Assembly: GCA_945870145.1 (NCBI GenBank)
Contig: CAMBQV010000002.1
Span: 1 to 50,053, forward strand
Source of the DNA: Akkermansia muciniphila
GTDB taxonomy: Bacteria > Verrucomicrobiota > Kiritimatiellia > RFP12 > UBA1067
DNA: 50,053 nt
Reading direction: 5' to 3'
Part shown: piece after piece, positions 45,376-50,053 of the stretch
Layout of the letters: each line of letters opens with the position of its first letter
Position numbering within the stretch: position 1 is the stretch's first letter
Notes under the pieces: generated by a model
Seen by the model: the letters and a program-made list of their open reading frames with translations, nothing else
What the model was told of the DNA's origin: nothing
Databases searched by the model: none
Translations under genes and position numbers: made by a program

Positions 45376-47457
45376 TTACTTCATACTGGGCAGGACGATC
45401 CCGCGCAGGATAATCTTCTGGCAGGCGATGAAGACAATGGCTGTCGGGATAGAGACCAGCACGAAACCGGCCATCACAGCCCATGGCTGGTCGCTCATCT
45501 GCTGACTCATCTGGTACATCCAGACCGCCAAGGTCCAGTTACTCTGTTTCTGGCAGACCAGCAGTGCCCACTCCCAACTATTATAAGCAGCAATAAACGC
45601 ATGGAGTGCATTTATCGCGAGGATGGGCGTGGTCATCGGCAGGGTGATCTTTAGAAAAACTTGCCATTCCTTCGCACCGTCAATCATGGCAGCCTCATAC
45701 AGTTCACGTGGCAACCCATCAAAGAAACCCTTCAAGATGAAGATCGACATGCCACTGGCGAGCGTCGGCAATACAAGCGCCGCAAACGTATTGAGCAACC
45801 CCAAGTCGCGAATCAGCAGAAAACCTGGGATCGCCGTGACTGCGGCGGGGAAAGCCATGGTGGCTAGAAGAAAGAGCAGAATCTTTTCAGCGAAATTAGC
45901 CTTCATACGCGACAACGCGTATGCCGCCAAGGGATTCACCGTCAAGGTGGCTAGGATGGAGAGCAGAACAAGCCAGATCGTATTCCCGAAGGCTTGCCCG
46001 CGTACAAACAAATACTCGGAAACCATGCGGTAGTTGGAAAACATATTCGCAAAGAAATCACGCCAGCCACGCTGAAGGAAGGTAACGGCGAGCGCTTCAC
46101 GAAAAGGGAAACGTGCCTCTTCGATGCGGGACAGGGACCAACCATACACGCGATTTAGCTTTTCAAGCGAACCGTACTTAGCCAGCAGATAAGTCTGCCA
46201 ATCTCCCTCTGCACTCAGGACTTCTAATTTGTCGACGGAAACTGCGGGTATGAAATTTCGCCAGAGCGCACTGTTCTCATACGGCAGGAGTTTGACCTCA
46301 TCAAAGGAGGCAATGGTTCTTCCAGTCAATTGCTTATAGGAGGCCACCGAGCGACAGATTTTTCGGACATGCGACTGGAACTGCCTTTCCAGTTCAGGAG
46401 AAACAATGATTCGCAGCAGACGCCTCGGATACACCTCATGAATAAAGCGGCTCCACTCATTTCGTAAAAGGACTGGCGCATCCAAAGGCAAGGGAAACGG
46501 GATTGTCTCGAACCCTTCACACGCTGTCCCTGCCCATTTTGCATAATCCTCTGGCGCTAAAATGTGGTCTGACGCGAGACCTAATCGGGACAGGACAGCA
46601 GGACGCTTAAGATAGTTAACCCATTGCGACCGTGATTCAAACGGCACCGTCCGCGTCATCGGAGACTCCAGTGTCGCATACGCCTTGTACGCATCCCACG
46701 TTAAAAGGCTCTTTCGTTGCGCTTCACAACCCGGTGTAAAGGCCAATTCACGATAGGCCTTTTTGAACTCCTGATAAAGGTCACTCTTGGGATCGTCTGT
46801 CGGATAATCCCACTCTGGATGGTGAAGCGGGGCACGTTGCTGGGCGATCATGCGAACACCAAAAAAAGAGATGTAGCGAATTGCCCACTCCTTGTTGAGC
46901 AGAGAGAGCGCAGCCTCTTGTCGCGCCAAAGGGGTCATTGCGCCATAGTGAGCAGGATTCTTCCTCAAGAGTTGCTCTTCAAAATGGTGACGAACAAACG
47001 GGGCCACATCACGCGCATCAAAAGTGCAGACGCTGTTGCGAATATCATACTCCAAGTTGAATTCCGCATAGTCCGTCGCACGTTGCCGCCACTGGCTCGC
47101 AACGACAGGGTTTTCCATATTTTTGAGTTCGCCCTCTGCAAACTGGTGAGCTCCTTCGACATCCCGAGAGACTGCTACCCAGCTTCCCCAATGCTCTGGC
47201 GCATCAGGATAGACTGTGGAGGGAAAACGCGGATAGCACGTAGCTACGTAACGAACAAAACGATCCTCACGATTCCAGAGTGCCCGCACCAGTGGCGAAA
47301 AGCGATAGTAGTCATAAGGGCCAGTCAAAGAGGAGGCCACCATGACGAGAAAAGGGAAGAGCATGGTCAGCCCGCCAATCGACAATAAGAGATAGATCAG
47401 CCCTAAGAAGAGCCGTGCTTTCCATGTTTTCCGCTCAACTGTAAGGATAACCCCCAT
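45376..47457 (-). CDS. Carbohydrate-type ABC permease with a ~430-aa extracytoplasmic insertion after TM1
   Basis: 693 aa. C-terminal MalG-like core (EAAMIDGAKEWQVFLKITLP). A long soluble region separates the first and second TM. Confidence 0.75.
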   Translation of the reverse strand: MGVILTVERKTWKARLFLGLIYLLLSIGGLTMLFPFLVMVASSLTGPYDYYRFSPLVRALWNREDRFVRYVATCYPRFPSTVYPDAPEHWGSWVAVSRDVEGAHQFAEGELKNMENPVVASQWRQRATDYAEFNLEYDIRNSVCTFDARDVAPFVRHHFEEQLLRKNPAHYGAMTPLARQEAALSLLNKEWAIRYISFFGVRMIAQQRAPLHHPEWDYPTDDPKSDLYQEFKKAYRELAFTPGCEAQRKSLLTWDAYKAYATLESPMTRTVPFESRSQWVNYLKRPAVLSRLGLASDHILAPEDYAKWAGTACEGFETIPFPLPLDAPVLLRNEWSRFIHEVYPRRLLRIIVSPELERQFQSHVRKICRSVASYKQLTGRTIASFDEVKLLPYENSALWRNFIPAVSVDKLEVLSAEGDWQTYLLAKYGSLEKLNRVYGWSLSRIEEARFPFREALAVTFLQRGWRDFFANMFSNYRMVSEYLFVRGQAFGNTIWLVLLSILATLTVNPLAAYALSRMKANFAEKILLFLLATMAFPAAVTAIPGFLLIRDLGLLNTFAALVLPTLASGMSIFILKGFFDGLPRELYEAAMIDGAKEWQVFLKITLPMTTPILAINALHAFIAAYNSWEWALLVCQKQSNWTLAVWMYQMSQQMSDQPWAVMAGFVLVSIPTAIVFIACQKIILRGIVLPSMK

Positions 47458-48315
47458 TTATTTCATCCAGCGCACATATGCACCGCAGGGCGTTGAAAGG
47501 GCCTCTGGAGCTCCGGTCAACAACATCTCGCCCGAGGCGAAACTGCCCCCGAGCCCTGCAACAGCCTGCCCCAGCACATGCTCAAGAACCACGGGCGTAT
47601 AGCCCGGCGTATGGGCACTCAACAGAATAAAGAGCGGCTCTGGAGAGAGCAACTGGCGGCAGAGGCTCAATGTCTCTGGCAGATCCTTCTCAATCTTATA
47701 CATCTCGTTGTTCTGTCCGCGGCCAAAGGTCGGAGGATCTAGAATAACCGCATCATACCGACGTTCACGTTTGATCTCACGACAGAGAAACTTATGTGCA
47801 TCATCCACGATCCAGCGGATCGGATGGTCCTGCAACTTATTCAGCGTAGCATTCTCGCGTGCCCACTGAACCATCCCCTTTGAAGCATCCAAATGACAGA
47901 CCTCCGCCCCACCTAGGGCTGCGGCCAACGTGGCACCCCCAGAGTAGGCAAAAAGGTTGAGCACCTGCAACGGACGCTGACGCTCCGTAATAGCCTTGCG
48001 CACAGTCTCCTGTATCCATAGCCACTGAGCACGCTGTTCAGGAAAGATGCCCAAGTGTCCAAAATCTGTGCCCGAGAGTTTGAAAATAACGTCCGACGCT
48101 TTTACAGTCCACTCTGCTGGCAAGGCACTACGGTTATGCCACTGATTACCCTCTGCACGGTCAAAGGTCGCGTGCGCCTTCTGCCAAACAGACTCCGGCA
48201 TACACGGTTTCCATGCTGCTTGCGAGCAGGGACGGGCAAGGACATACGGACCAAAACGCTCAAGCTTCTTCCCGTCTCCGCTATCTAACAACGCATAATC
48301 ATCTTCTGCAATCAT
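47458..48315 (-). CDS. Class I SAM-dependent methyltransferase, RlmI/RlmK-like
   Basis: 285 aa. LNLFAYSGGATLAAALGGA and ILDPPTFGRG motifs. Confidence 0.75.
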   Translation of the reverse strand: MIAEDDYALLDSGDGKKLERFGPYVLARPCSQAAWKPCMPESVWQKAHATFDRAEGNQWHNRSALPAEWTVKASDVIFKLSGTDFGHLGIFPEQRAQWLWIQETVRKAITERQRPLQVLNLFAYSGGATLAAALGGAEVCHLDASKGMVQWARENATLNKLQDHPIRWIVDDAHKFLCREIKRERRYDAVILDPPTFGRGQNNEMYKIEKDLPETLSLCRQLLSPEPLFILLSAHTPGYTPVVLEHVLGQAVAGLGGSFASGEMLLTGAPEALSTPCGAYVRWMK

Positions 48316-48357
48316 CTCGACTCCCAGTTTCTTCGCTCAATAAGACAACTCTTCTCT

Positions 48358-48390
48358 TAATAAGGCAATAACGCAATAAGGCAATTCTCT
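48358..48390. repeat. aataaggcaat-type word array abutting a stop codon
   Basis: taataaggcaataacgcaataaggcaattctct ends at 48390. The stop codon of the 157-aa gene is at 48391-48393. Confidence 0.55.
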
Positions 48391-48864
48391 TTAAGCAATC
48401 GCGAAAGTCAACTTACCTGGGCTGAGATCAATCGAACGGATTTTACCGCCCAACGTGAACGCCTTGTTTTGCAGAAGAGTCGGAAAATGGAGCAAGAAGG
48501 AGTCCCCTGATACCGTCAACCCCGGAATCTGCGGAATCTGATTGGCAAGAGCCGAAACAATAGCCTCACCGCCACCACTGAAAAAGGAGGCTTTCACTTT
48601 GGTTAAGCGTACCACCAGAGTCTCCCCCCCATCTGCAGGGGTCAACTCACAATGTCCTTCAAAGGGAACTGGCAGAAAGCCCATCACAAATTTTCCAGAA
48701 ATAGTGATCTCCCCCTTACCAAAACAGAGGTTCACATCTTTGACATTCTTGATTTGGTTTTGGGCCTCAGCCGGCATATTCGCCTTCTGCATCTCCCAGG
48801 TCCGCTGAACCGCGGCCACGACTTCCTTGTCTGTTACTGTCAAACTCAATGTATGAATGGTCAT
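48391..48864 (-). CDS. Hypothetical protein
   Basis: 157-aa ORF with an SD-like GGAAGGA upstream. No family recognised. Confidence 0.5.
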   Translation of the reverse strand: MTIHTLSLTVTDKEVVAAVQRTWEMQKANMPAEAQNQIKNVKDVNLCFGKGEITISGKFVMGFLPVPFEGHCELTPADGGETLVVRLTKVKASFFSGGGEAIVSALANQIPQIPGLTVSGDSFLLHFPTLLQNKAFTLGGKIRSIDLSPGKLTFAIA

Positions 48865-48878
48865 TTTATTCCTTCCAC

Positions 48879-49058
48879 TGGCGTCCCATAGGTCCGCCGA
48901 GGCTGTAGCATTTTAGGCTGTAGGCTATTAGGTAAAATGGCGGAAAATGGTTTGTTTAATATCATTAATGCCATTGGTTGAAAACAAACAGAAACACATG
49001 TACTTCCTAACAGTCTACAGCCTAAAAACCTAAAAACCTGCGTCCTATGGGACGCTAA
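48879..49058. mobile_element. 180-bp MITE-like hairpin-armed element with a 14-bp target-site duplication
   Basis: Direct repeat tttattccttccac at 48865-48878 and 49059-49072. Terminal inverted repeats tggcgtcccatagg... and ...cctatgggacgctaa, plus inner ctgtagg/cctacag word arms. The core holds the 14-codon ORF MAENGLFNIINAIG-stop (48937-48981). Confidence 0.7.
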
Positions 49059-49059
49059 T

Positions 49060-49854
49060 TTATTCCTTCCACAAAAAACCCGTTAACGGGGATGAAGCAT
49101 CAGCCATGGCGCGAGGCGCACGTGGCCCTGCTTGGCGAGCAAGTTCAGCAGCCTCAACCGCTTTTGAAAAGGCGAGAGCCATCTTCACAGGATCCGCCGC
49201 AGCAGCGATCGCTGTGTTCACTAAAACGCAATCAGCCCCCATCTCAATGGCCTCCGCCACATGAGAGGGAAGTCCGAGTCCTGCGTCTACAACAACAGGC
49301 ACATTCGCATTTGCGATGATGATCTCAATCATATCCCGCGTACGGAGTCCCCTGTTCGTCCCAATCGGAGCACCCAAGGGCATCACGGCAACAACACCGA
49401 CCTCCTCAAGTCGCTTAGCCAGCACAGGGTCGGCATTCATGTAGGGAAGCACTTTGAAGCCCTCTTTCGCCAAGACCTCGGAGGCCTTGAGTGTCTCAAT
49501 CGGATCAGGGAGTAAATGATGAAGATTAGGGGTCAGTTCAAGCTTAATCCAGTCAAAGCCTCCGGCGGCACGCGCCAGACGCGCAATACGAATCGCCTCC
49601 TCTGCCGTGCGTGCCCCGCTCGTGTTCGGCACGATCACGACCTTATTCGGATCGAGTTTGGAGATAAGCGGATCGCCTTCGGGATTTTTATCCAAATCAA
49701 CACGACGAAGCGCCACCGTCACCAATTCACAGCCTGAGACCTCGATTGCCTGGCGCATCAGCTCGTGCGAACCAAATTTTCCGGTTCCAATAAAGAGTCG
49801 CGACCGGAATTCGCGACCTGCAATGATAAGTGGTTTCATGAAGGGCAATATCAT
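49060..49854 (-). CDS. thiG: Thiazole synthase
   Basis: 264 aa. LFIGTGKF, the catalytic-lysine region WIKLE, and VMPLGAPIG. Alternative start MKPLII at 49839. Confidence 0.93.
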   Translation of the reverse strand: MILPFMKPLIIAGREFRSRLFIGTGKFGSHELMRQAIEVSGCELVTVALRRVDLDKNPEGDPLISKLDPNKVVIVPNTSGARTAEEAIRIARLARAAGGFDWIKLELTPNLHHLLPDPIETLKASEVLAKEGFKVLPYMNADPVLAKRLEEVGVVAVMPLGAPIGTNRGLRTRDMIEIIIANANVPVVVDAGLGLPSHVAEAIEMGADCVLVNTAIAAAADPVKMALAFSKAVEAAELARQAGPRAPRAMADASSPLTGFLWKE

Positions 49855-50053
49855 ACAACAATTATCCCGCTGTTGTAAGGCGAAAAATGCGAAAACTACT
49901 GCCCACGCGGTACGTCATAATTAAGGACACTGAAAACAAAATTGGTCGTCCATGACGAAAAGCGCTTCCGTCAAATACGTGGACACCGTAAATTAGAGGC
50001 ATGAAAACGATGTCCAGCACCACGTTCAAAGACAACTTTCCTCGTTACAAGCG

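Noticed and set aside
49855-50053. TPP riboswitch upstream of thiG
   Set aside because: I looked on the minus strand for the conserved CUGAGA and ACCUGAUCUGGAU-type elements and did not find them. The upstream region is also cut by the window end, so absence cannot be concluded.

Overview
This is a roughly 50 kb chromosomal segment with about 43 protein genes and 3 tRNA genes. GC is in the mid-50s % by eye, with one clearly AT-rich islet. All family calls come from motifs read in the supplied translations; no search was run. The gene content points to a PVC-superphylum bacterium (Verrucomicrobiota/Kiritimatiellota-like): Tat-exported Gfo/Idh/MocA and xylose-isomerase-like proteins, a CxxCH propeller protein, a GxxExxY gene, and many TPR and glycan genes. 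That placement is inference only. Housekeeping genes: uvrB, rsmB, alr, uppP, cdd, a fused aroK-aroB, purD, thiG, an Lrp regulator with an aminotransferase, tRNA-Pro(CGG) and two identical inverted tRNA-Asp(GTC). Accessory content: a Tat-dependent sugar-oxidation cluster with a PAS-AraC regulator; GH42 and GH32 enzymes; an LplT-PlsC-Aas triple fusion; and a tightly coupled synthase-dependent exopolysaccharide locus (split TPR proteins, TPR/beta-barrel porin, BcsA-like GT2 without PilZ, GH26-like lipoprotein). Four signals look most unusual. (1) A window-wide family of intergenic elements is built from short-period word arrays arranged as inverted arms, sitting directly 3' of stop codons. One copy encloses an intact GxxExxY gene. 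Another is a 180-bp MITE-like copy with a 14-bp target-site duplication that splits a formerly coupled thiG junction and keeps a 14-codon GxxExxY-like stub. (2) A single 988-codon frame joins a complete sigma-54 activator (AAA+ plus HTH) through a hydrophobic segment to a complete GH32 domain, next to a textbook divergent sigma-54 promoter. (3) tRNA-Asp 3'-end duplications lie beside an AT-rich FkbM methyltransferase islet. (4) alr is translationally coupled to a cyanophycin-synthetase-like ATP-grasp ligase.
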